Assembly: GCA_046563655.1 (NCBI GenBank)
Contig: CM102288.1
Location: 558,001 to 622,000, forward strand
Origin: Yuukianura sp. NJ FZ-2021
Taxonomy: Eukaryota
Direction of reading: 5' to 3'
Length of the DNA stretch: 64,000 nt
A program made the translations under genes and the position numbers. The notes under the pieces are model-generated. The model was not told where the DNA came from, ran no database searches, and worked only from the letters and a program-made list of their open reading frames with translations. The number at the start of each line of letters is the position of its first letter. Positions within the stretch are counted from its first letter, which is position 1. Shown in pieces: positions 13,733 through 26,306 of the stretch.

Positions 13733-15693
13733 ATGATTAAACTTGTATTTTTTATATTAACATTCCTGTTATGGACTTGTGGAATGAGGAGGTCAGAGGT
13801 CAACGGCCTTGGATACGTCCGTCAAGGCTCAAATCCTACGAAATTGGATTTTGAAAAGGTCAATGACCTCGATCAGGTCGATGACCTTGAAGAGGTCAAA
13901 TACTCGGCCACATGGGAGAGCTTAGACAAGCGTCCACTTCCGGCATGGTACGATACTGCCAAAGTAGGAATTTTCATTCACTGGGGCGTATTCAGCGTTC
14001 CAGCGTTCGAAGGAGCTTGGTTCTGGGAGAACTGGATTAATCGAGGTTAGTTAAATAAAGTATTAAATAATATAAATCAATAATTAATTCAATTTTATTA
14101 ATTTAGGAAACAAATTAATTACGGACTTCATGAAAGATAATTACCCGCCTCGCTTTACGTATATGGATTTCGGACCACAATTTACCGCTGAATTTTTTAA
14201 TCCAAACGACTGGGCTGACCTGTTTGCGAAATCTGGTGCAAAGTAAGCCATCGACATCAAGTAATTAAGTAATTACTCAAGTAATTACAAAGTAATTAGT
14301 AACTAATTTGTAATTCGAGGTACGTTGTGTTGACGAGTAAGCATCATGAGGGATTTACGTTATGGCCGTCCAAGTACTCCTTCGGATGGAACTCAATGGA
14401 CATTGGTCCCAGGAGGGATCTAGTTGGTGAATTAATACAAATGTTAATTACTAATTACTAAAGTAATTAACCCTACTTACTAATTTTCAGGTGAGTTGGG
14501 AAATGCTATACGGAACAAAACGAATTTGAAATTTGGACTTTACCATTCTTTGTACGAATGGTTTAATCCTCAATACATAAATGATCAGAAAAACAATTAC
14601 ACCACGGATGTATTCGTAACTTCAAAAACAATGCCGGAATTGTATGAACTGGTAATTTGATCTTTGACCTCACGACTAGAATGAAACAGAATTTTCAAAA
14701 AAATATATTTCTTCAAAATTTCAGGTCAACAACTACCAACCAGAAGTGATTTGGTCCGATGGCGACTGGGATGCATCGGATGACTACTGGAAGTCTCGTG
14801 ACTTTTTGGCCTGGCTGTACAACTCCAGTCCAGTGAAGGACACTGTGGTGACGAATGACCGATGGGGGGCTGGGTGCATGTGCAAACACGGTGGATACTA
14901 CACATGCTCAGACAGATACAATCCAGGTACGAGTCACTCTAACCTCCAACTTCCACATAAAAGTCAACTTTTGACCTTTGACCTCGTTCAAGGTCATCTT
15001 GTGCCCCACAAGTGGGAAAACTGTATGACTTTGGACAAGCACTTCTGGGCCAATCGCAGAAACGCAAACATCCAAGACTATCTCACGCCCTGGGAACTCA
15101 TCAAAACACTCATCCAAACTGTCTCATGCGGAGGTCAAAATTGTTTAAAATGAAATAGAAATTTTCTAAACTAAATTTTAATTGAAGTTAATTGTGAATT
15201 AAGGTAACATTTTAATTAACGTTGGGCCGACTAAGGAAGGAATGATCGTGCCCATCCAGCAGGAGCGACTGCTGCAACTCGGGAAATGGCTGGAGGTCAA
15301 TGGAGACGCAATTTACGGAAGCACTCCTTGGACACATCAGAATGACACGCTCAACCCCAATGTGTGGTAAGGTCAATGACCTCCAAAAACTTAAAAGTTT
15401 GAATTTCAAAAGTTTTTTTTTCAAATTCACAAATTTTCAAATTTCTTTCGTCTGATGACTTAAGGTACACTTCTCGACCAGCCGAAAAAGCCGTGTTTGC
15501 GATGACCTTGACCTGGTCCCCTTTTGTCTTTCTGGGGGCAATTGATGGAGGTCGCGTGTGGTCAATTGAGTTGCTGGGTACTTCAGAAGACCTCAAATGG
15601 ATACAACTTGATGAAGGAATCTCTGTCCAAATGCCTAAGTGGGAATCAGTCGTTTCGAGATACGTCTGGACTCTGCGCATTACAACAATTTGA
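13733..15693 (+). CDS. FUCA: Alpha-L-fucosidase (GH29), copy 1
   Basis: Signal peptide; [27 protein letters not shown], nucleophile motif IWSDG, NDRWG, KWENC, VSCGG. Confidence 0.92.
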
Positions 15694-16101
15694 AAAAGAT
15701 TCAAGTTTTTTAAATTTTTAGAATCGTTTTTGACATTCAAATAAAATTAAGTTTGGAAATTAATAAAGTTAACACAAGCTATTCCAGTTCTCTTTGATGA
15801 TGAATTGTCTCTCAATATTTTAAAGTTATGCTTTTTGTTACGTTTTGAAGAAAACACATAAACTTATTTATTGCCCTGTTTTTGTTTATGCTAAAAGTTG
15901 ATACTGTTAGGTCAAAGGTCAACGTGATTGAATTGAGCCTGTTTTCTTATTATTGAACGCTGAAATTGTTATCCACTTTACATTAGTCCAGCTAACAAGA
16001 GGGTCAAACACGAGTTCAGCTTTTAATAGTTTTCATAGATTGTAGTTTTAGAAATTTAAAATTTTGAATTCAAAAATTCCAGTTTTTTAAAATTGGAGAA
16101 A

Positions 16102-18202
16102 ATGGGCGGAGTTTCTTCGTTTTTGACGGTTTGGACTCTTACGAGTTTCGTGTCTCTCGAGGTTAATAGCCTCATCAATATTGGTCAGAGGTCAAACGAA
16201 TTGAAACTAACGCTAGAAGAAAGTGACCCCAAAGATGACCTTGAGGTCAAGGTCAAGTATGTCCCCACATGGGAGAGTTTAGAAAGTCGCCCACTTCCTG
16301 CTTGGTACGATGAAGGGAAAGTAGGCATTTTTATTACTTGGGGAGTATACAGTGTTCCGGCGTATGAAGGGGCGTGGTTTTGGGACTACTGGATTAACAG
16401 AAGTAAATCATTACAATTAATTTTAATTAAATTAATTTATAAAATATTTAATTGTGGTGAAATATTTAGAAAATATTAACATCACGGAATTCATGAAAAA
16501 TAATTACCCGCCGCGATTTACGTACATGGATTTTGGACCACAATTTACAGCAGAGTTTTTTAATCCAAACGACTGGGCTGACCTGTTTGCTCAATCAGGT
16601 GCAAAGTAAGTTCAATTATTTACCAAGTAATTACACCATAATTACTCAAAGTAATTCGAATTACTTTGAGTAATTAATTACGTGGGATCACAGGTAATTT
16701 ACCAAAAACTAACTACTCAAAGCAAAGTAGCAAAATAATTTCCATCAAATTGTTATAATTACTTACGATAATTATTGTAATTACCAAAAGTAATTCGTAA
16801 TTATTTCAGATATATTGTTTTCACGAGTAAATTCCATGAAGGATTTAACTTGTGGCCGTCTAAGTCCTCTTTTGGTTGGAATTCAGTGGATGTAGGACCC
16901 AAGAGAGACATTGTTGGTAATTAACTTGTAATTATTTTAAATTCATAATTAAAATAATATAATTCTAAATTAATTACAACGTTGTTCATAATTCTAGGTG
17001 AATTGGGTACTGCATTAAGGAACAAAACTGATCTGAAATTCGGTCTTTATTACTCTCTGTTCGAATGGTTTAATCCGAATTATTTGAGTGATCAAAAAAA
17101 TAAATACTCCACTGACCTGTACATAACTTCCAAAATGATGCCTGATTTATATGAACTAGTAAGCTGACCTTTGACCCCTTGACCCCGGCAGGTCACTGAA
17201 CTAAAATTATTGCACTTCTTAGATCAACAATTACCAACCGGAGGTCATCTGGGCCGATGGCGACTGGGATGCATCAGATGACTACTGGAAGTCTCGTGAC
17301 TTTTTGGCCTGGCTGTACAACTCCAGTCCAGTCAAGGACACAGTGGTGACGAATGACCGATGGGGGGCTGGGTGCATGTGCAAACACGGTGGATACTACA
17401 CATGCTCAGACAGATACAATCCAGGTACGAGTCACTCTAAGCTCCAACTTCCACATAAAAGTCAACTTTTGACCTTTGACCTCGTTCAAGGTCACCTTGT
17501 GCCCCACAAGTGGGAAAACTGCATGACTTTGGACAAGAACTTCTGGGCCAATCGCAGAAACGCAAACATCCAAGACTATCTCACGCCCTGGGAACTCATC
17601 AAAACGCTCATTCAAACTGTCTCATGCGGAGGTCAAAAATGTTTAAAATGAATTAAAAATGTTCAAAATGTCTAAATTAAATTTTAATTGAAGTTAATTG
17701 TGAATTAAGGTAACATTTTAATTAACGTTGGACCAACAAAGGAAGGGATGATCGTGCCCATCCAGCAGGAGCGACTTCTGCAACTCGGGAAATGGCTGGA
17801 GGTCAATGGAGACGCAATTTACGGAAGCACTCCTTGGACACATCAGAATGACACGCTCAACCCCAATGTGTGGTAAGGTCAATGACCTCCAAAAACTAAA
17901 ACGTTTCAATTTCAAAAAGTTTTTTTTTTTCAAATTCACAAATTTTCAAATTTCCTTCGTCTGATCACTTCAGGTACACTTCTCGACCAGCAGAAAAAGC
18001 CGTGTTTGCAATGACCTTGACCTGGTCTCCACTTGTTCGCCTGGGGGCAATTGATGGAAATCGCGTGGAATCAATTGAGTTGCTTGGAACTACTGGACAT
18101 CTCAAATGGACACAACTTCATCAAGGCATCTCTGTCCAAATGCCAAAGTGGGAATCAGTCGTTTCGAGATACGCGTGGACCATGCGAATTACAACAAAGT
18201 GA
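16102..18202 (+). CDS. FUCA: Alpha-L-fucosidase-like (GH29), copy 2, with altered substrate-binding residues
   Basis: Same exon layout as copy 1; IFITWG, TSKFHEG, IWADG, KWENC. Confidence 0.9.
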
Positions 18203-18435
18203 AAAAGATTCAAGATTTTTTACTTTTCGGCAACATATAGGTTAAATCTAAAATTCAATTTAAATTAAGAGGGAAACCTTTTTAAAAGTTATTTTCCATT
18301 GAACTTTAATTTAGCCTCACTGCGTTAACATGTTATGAGATTCCAGTTACATCTGAATTATAATAATTTCATAATAAATAAATTTCAATAACTAATTGTA
18401 AAAGTAGTGGTTGCTTAGAATTCGCGAAATAAATT

Positions 18436-19912
18436 CTACGGTTTGAATAGCGGCATGTAGCCCAGAATCTGAAAATTCAAAAAATATTAGTATAAAATAT
18501 AAAAGTTTGTCATTTTTTTTTAGAAATGTGTTTTGACCTCAGCAAATTCATTGAGGCATTCGTCTCTTTCAGTAAAGTGTGAAGGATCAGTCCAGAGTCC
18601 AGTGTCAGTACATCCAGCACACAAAAAGTTTTGAGCATGTTGTACAAAAATTGGACTTTTTTGAGTACGTTCTGACACTAAGAAATTGAGCGCAAGGTCA
18701 TCACAGTTCATCTTGAGGTCAATGATCCGGCGCATCTTTTCTGGCATCTCATATGTATAAAGCTCCAGAAAATTTCGATGAATAAATGCAGATCCTGAGA
18801 GTTGTGAAATAAGGACTTAATTAATACTAATGTAATCAGTATTTTAATTAACTTAGTTAATTAATTAAGTTAATTAATTAGTTAATTTAATTAATTCACC
18901 TGCTAACACTAGCGAAATGGAATCAAGCGGTGGACTGCTGTCATACACCCATTTTCCTGCCGTGCTGCCTCCAATTGGATTTGGTACAAACTTTACCCCA
19001 CGACCGTGGAATCCTACAATTCTGTCTCTGTTATCCTGCCAAATACTTTTCAAAAAAAAAAGTTTTTCAAAATTTCTTTTTCGAAATTTAAAACACTTTT
19101 TTGAAACCATTTGAAAAAAACTTACCGAAAGGCTTCTAATACTTTTTCATGAACAACAAACAGATCATCGTCCAAAATGAAAATGGCCTCTGTTTTGACA
19201 ATACTCAGCGGCAAAAATCGGTTGTGCATTGTGTTCTTTCCGTTTGACAACAACTGAAATTTGAAAAACAGTTTTCAAAAAGTTAGTTTTTTGAAATTTT
19301 TGAAATTTTACCCTAATGTTGTAGTTAACAGTAGGCCATTGGAGGTCGTGTGGAGGAGGTTCCGGATTGTTCCAAATCAACAAAAGTTGGTTCAAATGAG
19401 GAAGTCCACAGAGATGTTGGAGTAGCTTCATCAAAACGTCGGTTCTATTGAAAGTGAGCATTACAATGGTAAATTGCTCAGTGACCTTTGACCTCTCCTG
19501 GTCAGGTGACCTCAGTCTTTCAACAGATTTGACAGAATGGAAGTTAGCAACAGGGTGTGCAAAATTTCTAATGGTTTGATTTGTAACAAAAGAGTCCAAG
19601 GACTCTAGTAGAAGGTTTGAAGTTGAAACTGGAACTTCATTAATATTTATAAATGTTCCGTTGATTCTTCTCCAAGTATTTCTTGTTTGAACAGCACACG
19701 CCTAAAAGTTAAACAAAACCAAACAAACATTAGATTTTCGAAGAATTTTTGACAAGATTCTGAAGAATTTTCAAAATTTTGAGTTTTTTTGAATTTTGAT
19801 GTTTTACCGGAATTGGCTTGGGTATGACTTTGAGTGAGCTGTAGTAGAAGATAAATCCGCAAAACAGCAAAGTACTGGCAACAATTAGCTTGTGTTTTCG
19901 TATGATGTGCAT
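18436..19912 (-). CDS. EXTL2-like glycosyltransferase family 64 (type II membrane)
   Basis: N-terminal TM; EQFTIVMLTFNR, LLIWNN, ILDDDL (DxD), DRIVGFHGR, NCDDLALNFLVS, HFTERDECLN. Confidence 0.85.
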
Positions 19913-21009
19913 CCTGACGACGCTACTTTTAGTAGTTGGACGGCAATAAATGTTGGTCTGTCATTTGTCCATTCCGCCGTAGTCAGAATGTAGTAGCTTA
20001 AAGACTTAAAATTATCATACCAAGGGCACGTACAGGTCACGCAAACTACAAAGTGAACGGTAATCACTACTTACATGTTATAAAACTTATAGAAATCTCA
20101 TGGAAGTTGAATTACAACAGAAGAGAGTAAGATAGAGTGGAAATTTAGTAAACACAAGTGTTTTAAGCTCTTACGACTCGTAAAACTCGCAACGAGGTCA
20201 CTGCGATCATGAATGAAGTTTTTTTCCACGATGAAAGAGAAAGTGTAATAAAACAAGGTTTTTTGTGTGAAAATTACTCTGGAAATCCTCCTTTTGAATT
20301 TGAGGTGCAAAATCATTTTGGGTTTTTAACAGCTGATCCCTCTACTAAATGTGTACCAGCAGAATTTTCATTCTTACTACCCGGGTAAAATCCGATATCT
20401 AAAATTGGTCACATGTACTTATAGTAAAAAGTGAAACCAAGCCAAAGCCGATAAGAAACCACAAACTTTCTCCAGTTCTTCCATTTGACAATTCATTTTT
20501 AACACTTCAGGCTTAAAAACATTTCACTTTGATTTGGAATTTGGAAAATAATTTTTGAAATTCTTGGAATCTATTTAAGTAAGGAGGTCATTGACCTTAG
20601 CACGAGCTGCGTCACCCCGATTGTGAAATTGTGTCAGTTTTGCATTCCTCTGGAATTATACACAAGGTTTGGACAAAAAGTTGAACTTTGGAGCGTGAGT
20701 TTGACGTAGGAAGAGGATTAAAATATCAACATCGACCTGATTATGTAGAAATCTGGATTTGGATGGAGGTCACGCCTGAGGTCATCAGTCGAACTGTGAT
20801 AAAAACATATTTGTTCACGCCTGCTAATGTGAAAATAATGCATTTACATTTGTGCTACAGCAACTCAGTTGAGTCTTATCTACATCAGCTGCTTAAATCC
20901 TCAGTTCTACTCTGCATTTACAAAAGTTCAGTTCAATTTACACACTCAATCGTTCCACGTCAACTCTTGCCTGATATTTTCGAAATTTTGAAAAAAGAAA
21001 TTATTCATC

Positions 21010-23257
21010 ATGTCTGGTGTGAACGCGGCTTTACTGGGAGTTGAATGTGGTGCAACGAGGTCAACAGCCATTTTGAAATTTTTGAATGACCCCGCACGTC
21101 CAGAACAAATTTTTAACTTTGGACCTTCAAATTTGAGACTTCTTAAAAACGAAGGGCAACTTGAACCGTATTTTAAAAATGTTCGGGAGAAAATTGAACA
21201 GGAAGTGCATGGCGTTCGGATTTTGAGAATCGGAATTGGAATGTCCGGGGTCAGAGAGGATTGTGACCGACAGGTAAAAAATTGAAAACCAAAACTTTAT
21301 TTTTTGAAAATAATTTAAAAATTTTGGATTTCAGGCTGTTCGGGAAGTCGTGGAACGAGTTTTCCCGGATCTGGAAAAAGTTTGGGTGGGAAGCGACCAA
21401 GAAACGGCAATTGCATGTTTAACAGATGACGACGAAGTGCCGAAATTTATTGTGATTTGTGGTACCGGTTCTGGATTGTTCGGAACTAACGGTTCAACGA
21501 CTTTCAAAATTGGAGGCTACGGACATATAGTGGGCAAGAAAAAAATTTCAGAAAAAAATTTTGTCATGATTTTGACAAAAAATTATGATTTTCAACAAAA
21601 ATTTACCCTAAGCCTGGTTCACACAACTCACGCTGTTTCCCAAAAGTGGAAAAAAAAATTTTGCTCACATTTTTTTAAAAGTATTCTTTTCATGTAGGTG
21701 ACCGCGGTGCTGGTTACACTGTTGCACAGAACGGTCTGAAAGCCGCATGCGCAGAATATGATTTAAACAACGAGAAATCTTCTCTTCTGGACTCGTTTAT
21801 GAAGGCAATGGACTGTGAATCCATTGAAGATGTCTGCACGAAGTCGCTAAGTCCAGAATATACAAAATCCAAACTAGCTGCCCTTGCAACGCTAGTTCTT
21901 AGTGCATGGGAGTCGAATGACCCAGCGGCTACAAAAGTAGTCAACAATGCTCTGGATGAACTCGCAGCAGATGCTGCCTGTTTAGCCGTGAAGCTCGCAC
22001 GGTCAAAACCTGGAACTAAGCAAGTCAGTGCCGGACTTACCGGAAGCCTACTCACCAAAAATGAAAAATTCCGTACCGAATTTGTGAATCGCGTGAAACG
22101 GCACGTGAGAAAGTTCGTACCGGGCTTAACTCTAAACGTCACTGTACTTCACCACACGTTTCACGGTGGATTGATGATGGTTTCAGACAAAGAAAACCGC
22201 GACGTGAAAACTTCCACTGAAAAGTCAGCTGATCGTCCAATCACAGAAGAGGAGTTGGAACAGCTGATTCTGCCCATTCGAACGGCCTTGTCTCCCACTG
22301 AAACTCGGAATCCAAAATCCAAAAACTTAGATAAAATGTCAATTTCAGAAGCAATGGACTTGTGGTTAGAAGAGGAGAAGTCAATTTACGAAAAAATTGC
22401 GCAACAAAAACCAATTTTGGAAAAAATCATTGCTCGTGTTGCGGAAACTTTTCGAAATGGTGGGAGGTTATTTTATGCAGGAGCAGGAACGAGTGGAAGA
22501 TTAGGAATTCTGGATGCTTCTGAGTGTCCGCCTACTTTCCAATCGCCTCCAGAATGGGTCCAAGGTTAGTTTCAAAATTTCAACAAAAAACTCAAAAAAA
22601 AAATTTTTTTTCCCAAAATTTTAGGAATAATTGCGGGAGGAGAAGAAGCAATTGTCAATTCGAAAGAGTCAGCAGAAGATTCAGTTTTTGGCGGATCAGA
22701 AGCCGTGGAGTCGCGTGGACTCAATTCAAAAGACATTCTAATTGGTTCGAACTTTTCAAAATGTCTAAGAAATGAACTTTTCAAAAACTTTAAAAAAAAA
22801 TTTTTTTTTAGGAATTGCTTCTTCCGGCACAACTCCGTTTGTCTGGGGAGCAATGTATAGAGCCAAGCAGCTAGGAGCTTTTACGTGTTTCTTGACCTTT
22901 AACCCGCACCTTGACCTCAAATTTCAACCAGATGAAACGATTGTGGTTAATGTTGGACCAGAAATACTGACTGGAAGTACGAGACTCAAATGCGGAAGTG
23001 GAACTAAAACCATTTTGAACATGATTACAACTTTGGCGATGGTTCAGTTTGGAAAGTGTTTGGAGAATTTGATGGTTGACCTTGACCCGGCATGTCAAAA
23101 ACTTAGAGAACGAGCTCTCAGAATAGTTTTGACGATTGTCAATAATGCAAGTGATGGTGACGGAACTGCACGACACATTCCGGAAGATGTTGCTCAAGAA
23201 ATTCTTGTGAGGAACAACTACGACATTAAGAAAACAGTCCAGGAATTGAAAAACTAA
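21010..23257 (+). CDS. murQ: Fusion of a BadF/NAGK-family sugar kinase with an N-acetylmuramic acid 6-phosphate etherase (MurQ); 5 exons (21010-21273, 21335-21533, 21698-22564, 22625-22744, 22812-23257)
   Basis: Kinase motifs GVECGATRS, ICGTGS, GGYGHIVGDRGAGY; MurQ motifs TETRNP, GAGTSGRLGILDASECPPTF, ESAED, GIASSGTTPFV, GPEILTGSTRLK, NLMVD; spliced frame is continuous. Confidence 0.9.
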
Positions 23258-23406
23258 CATTATCATTTCTGAAATTTTGGGTATTTTTTCAAAATTTTAT
23301 TTTGGGTAATTTTCCAAATGCTGAGGTCAATAAAAAAAACTGAGATCTTCGGCAGTGCATTTTAAGAAAGTTTTAAATTCTTACATTTTTTTTTTGAAAA
23401 AGTACA

Positions 23407-24145
23407 CTATGGTCCAAAATGAGGTTGTACAACGTTGTTTAAAAGAGTTAGCAAACACTTTGGTTCTAACCTTGGACACAATTCGTTGTACTGTATAGGT
23501 GGTGCGATTACTGCAAACACAAATGCTTGGCTCAGGAGACAGTAGTCGTTCTGGACACAGAAAATACTGGAAATACTGGACAATACTCGCTCGGGATTGG
23601 TGGAAAAAGTGAGATCAATGCGTTTGTTCAAGAAATATTCTTGTGCTACTGCGCAGTGAGGGTCACCCGCACATGACCTTGGCCACTCTTCAGGTCCAAC
23701 GCAGCGATGGCCATCTATTTCTGCAACGACGAACGCAGGAACGTCTGTCTCTGGGTCGGATTCATTCCTGAAAGCAACAAAATGACCTTTTCTAAAAATT
23801 TTGAAACATTTCCAAAAAATTTTGTTAACGTCAAGGTCAAAGGTCAATTGAAAATGCAATGCCAAAGGGATTACCAAATCCTGAGGACATGACCCGGGCC
23901 ACAGTTAATCCTGTCAAATCCACGAACTAGACCAACATTCTGTGCGGAGTTTCGAATCAAAAGTTAGTTTTTGGCACATGCATAAGGAAAATTAAACAAA
24001 AAGCGTTACAAAACAAGGTCAATGAGCATGCGCAGTGTGAATTTCTTACCGAGTATAACGTTTTACTCAAAGATTGTCCAACTACTGTAGTTGACAACGC
24101 AACTAAAACGGAACAAAGAGCTGTCGATGCTACTACGATGTCCAT
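23407..24145 (-). CDS. Small secreted cysteine-rich protein, about 3 exons
   Basis: Hydrophobic signal peptide from ATG 24145; Cys-rich last exon. Confidence 0.55.
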
Positions 24146-25080
24146 AGAGTTTAATTCTAAGTACTAAATATCGCAAAGTCTAACAATTTTAACGGCAAAA
24201 TTCAAAAAGAATTGGATTAGGAGGAAGTGGTGAGGAAATTCAGGAAAGTAGAAAGTACAAACATTTTTACAACAAATGCATAAAAACCAATTGTCATGTC
24301 ACTAATCATATCTGTGATGATTTATTCATGGGAAATAGTGACGAGGTCACGTGACATTTCAGAGGTCAAACGCTTTTTTTAGCACCAAAATAGCTACTTT
24401 GTCAAATCAATTTTTATGGAGAACTCACAAGCTTCACTTTACAGGAAAAGCAAAAACCGCAATTTTTTTTCAAAACTCCGCAAATTGATTCATCAAGAAA
24501 AGCCTTTTTCTAAAACCTATTTTGACAGAAACGGATGCTTGAGGAAACTTTGATTTGAAATTATAACTATTTTGATTGAAAAATTGTCAGTTACAGCAAA
24601 ATCTAAATTGAATTGCGAAACTTACCAATTGACTAACTCCGTGAGGAATGAAGTTGCAAAGGGCTTCTTGACTTGAGTCTGACGGTGTTTCTCTTCCAGA
24701 AACATTTTCTCATGATCATCAAACTTTTAATTGAGATTCACTTTAATTTCTGTTTGTTTTAAAAAGCTTAATGGAAAATTTCCACTGAATGTCATCAATC
24801 ATCTCACTCTTGTGATTTTTAGTTCCACGTGGGAAGCCACACCAGATTCCAGTGGAAGGTCAAATTAAATTTCTCAGGCCTCTTAGTTTTTAGTATTTCA
24901 AAAATAAAGAAAAATTTTGAAAAAACAAAATACATAAAAAAAATTTGATTCCTCTGAATCTCGCAAGGATTTTGTGTGTCTATGTTTGAAAATTTTTCAA
25001 AATGTTTTTTTTTTCAAAATAATGTACACATTTGAAATGGTTGATGAAGATCAGTTAGGGAAGTATGATGTTCCAGAATA

Positions 25081-25716
25081 AACGGTTGTCAACCGGTGTA
25101 CGTAAGTAACGTAAGCCCCGGTGGGAGGGGGGAGTGGGGTGGGTTCCCCCCGCTTTCCCGCCTCCCCCCCCGGGGGGAATGGAGATGGGTTCCCCCCGGG
25201 GGAGTGGAGATGGGTTTCTCCGAGGGAGTGGAGATGGGTTTCTCCCGTGGGAGTGGAGATGGGTTCCCCCGGGGGAGTGAAGCTGCGGTGCCACCTATCA
25301 GGGCGTTAAAGCGAAAAAAAATTGACCTTTGATCCGGGAGGAGGTCACCTGGGTTCACGTCACGTCCACAAAAGTTGTTGGTCTCGATGAGACGAACATT
25401 TTTTGTAGAGGTCATTTTGCATGTTACCGGGGATGAAACCGGTTGACCTTGACCTTTGACCCGGAAGGAGGTCACTTGGGGTCATGTGACGTACACAAAA
25501 GTTGTTGGGCTAAAGGAGACGAACAACTTTTGTAGGAGTCATTTTCGAGGTTACCGGGGTTGAAACCGGTTGACCTTGACCTTTGACCCGGAAGGAGTTG
25601 ACCCACCGGGATGATATTCAATAGTGAACATCACCGGGTCACTAGGTGTCCACCGGCGAAAACAGATCCCGGAAATGTTGAGCGGTTCCCGAGATAATCG
25701 CCGCTGACGGCCGGCC

Positions 25717-25751
<35 letters not shown>

Positions 25752-25783
25752 GTCAAACCAATAAGTAACTTACGTTACTTAAT
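25081..25783 (-). mobile_element. Non-autonomous Helentron-associated (HINE/DINE-1-like) element
   Basis: Inverted repeats TAAGTAACGTAAG (25103-25115) and CTTACGTTACTTA (25769-25781); terminal stem 25762-25781; (GACA)n 25716-25749; hairpin CGGTTG-T-CAACCG 25083-25095; internal G-rich and ~127-bp repeats. Confidence 0.7.
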
Positions 25784-26306
25784 AAACAAACACTGAATCA
25801 CACGATTAAGAAACTAAATCCATTAACACGCCCTTGGAGGTGACTACGTCTTAATTTTAAAAAGTTTTTAAAAAATCATGTGATGCATCACCTCCAGAAT
25901 CCAGAAATTTCAAGTATAAATACTGGCTTAGGGCAACTCGGAAACCATTGCACTCTTGCTCCACTCTTTTACCAAAAACGCTTAAAACTTCCAAATTTTT
26001 TCGAAATTTCAAAAATTTCTACTCGTCAAATTTTGCATTTTGAGCAACCTGTTTGCTCATTTGTGAATTTGTAACACTTTTTTTGGAAGTGGAACCATTT
26101 AATGGGTAGAAACCATTTCCTAATTTCGACAGCCGAATTTAAATTTGTCCTCTTCTATACCAAGTACACGATTCCTCCAGTCACAAACACCATTAGGTGT
26201 AATTTATCCAAACTCAGAAAAAAATAAATTTTCAAAAGAAAAAGCTTTTTTCAAAAAACTAATTTTTTCTAAAAGGAAGTACTTTTTAAAAAAAAACTTG
26301 AGAAAC

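Noticed and set aside
13733..23257. Functional glycan-metabolism cluster (fucosidases, EXTL2-like, kinase-MurQ)
   Set aside because: Different compartments and pathways; adjacency in a compact genome is enough to explain it
25055..25475. Pro/Gly-rich ORFs
   Set aside because: By-products of G-rich repeats inside the mobile element
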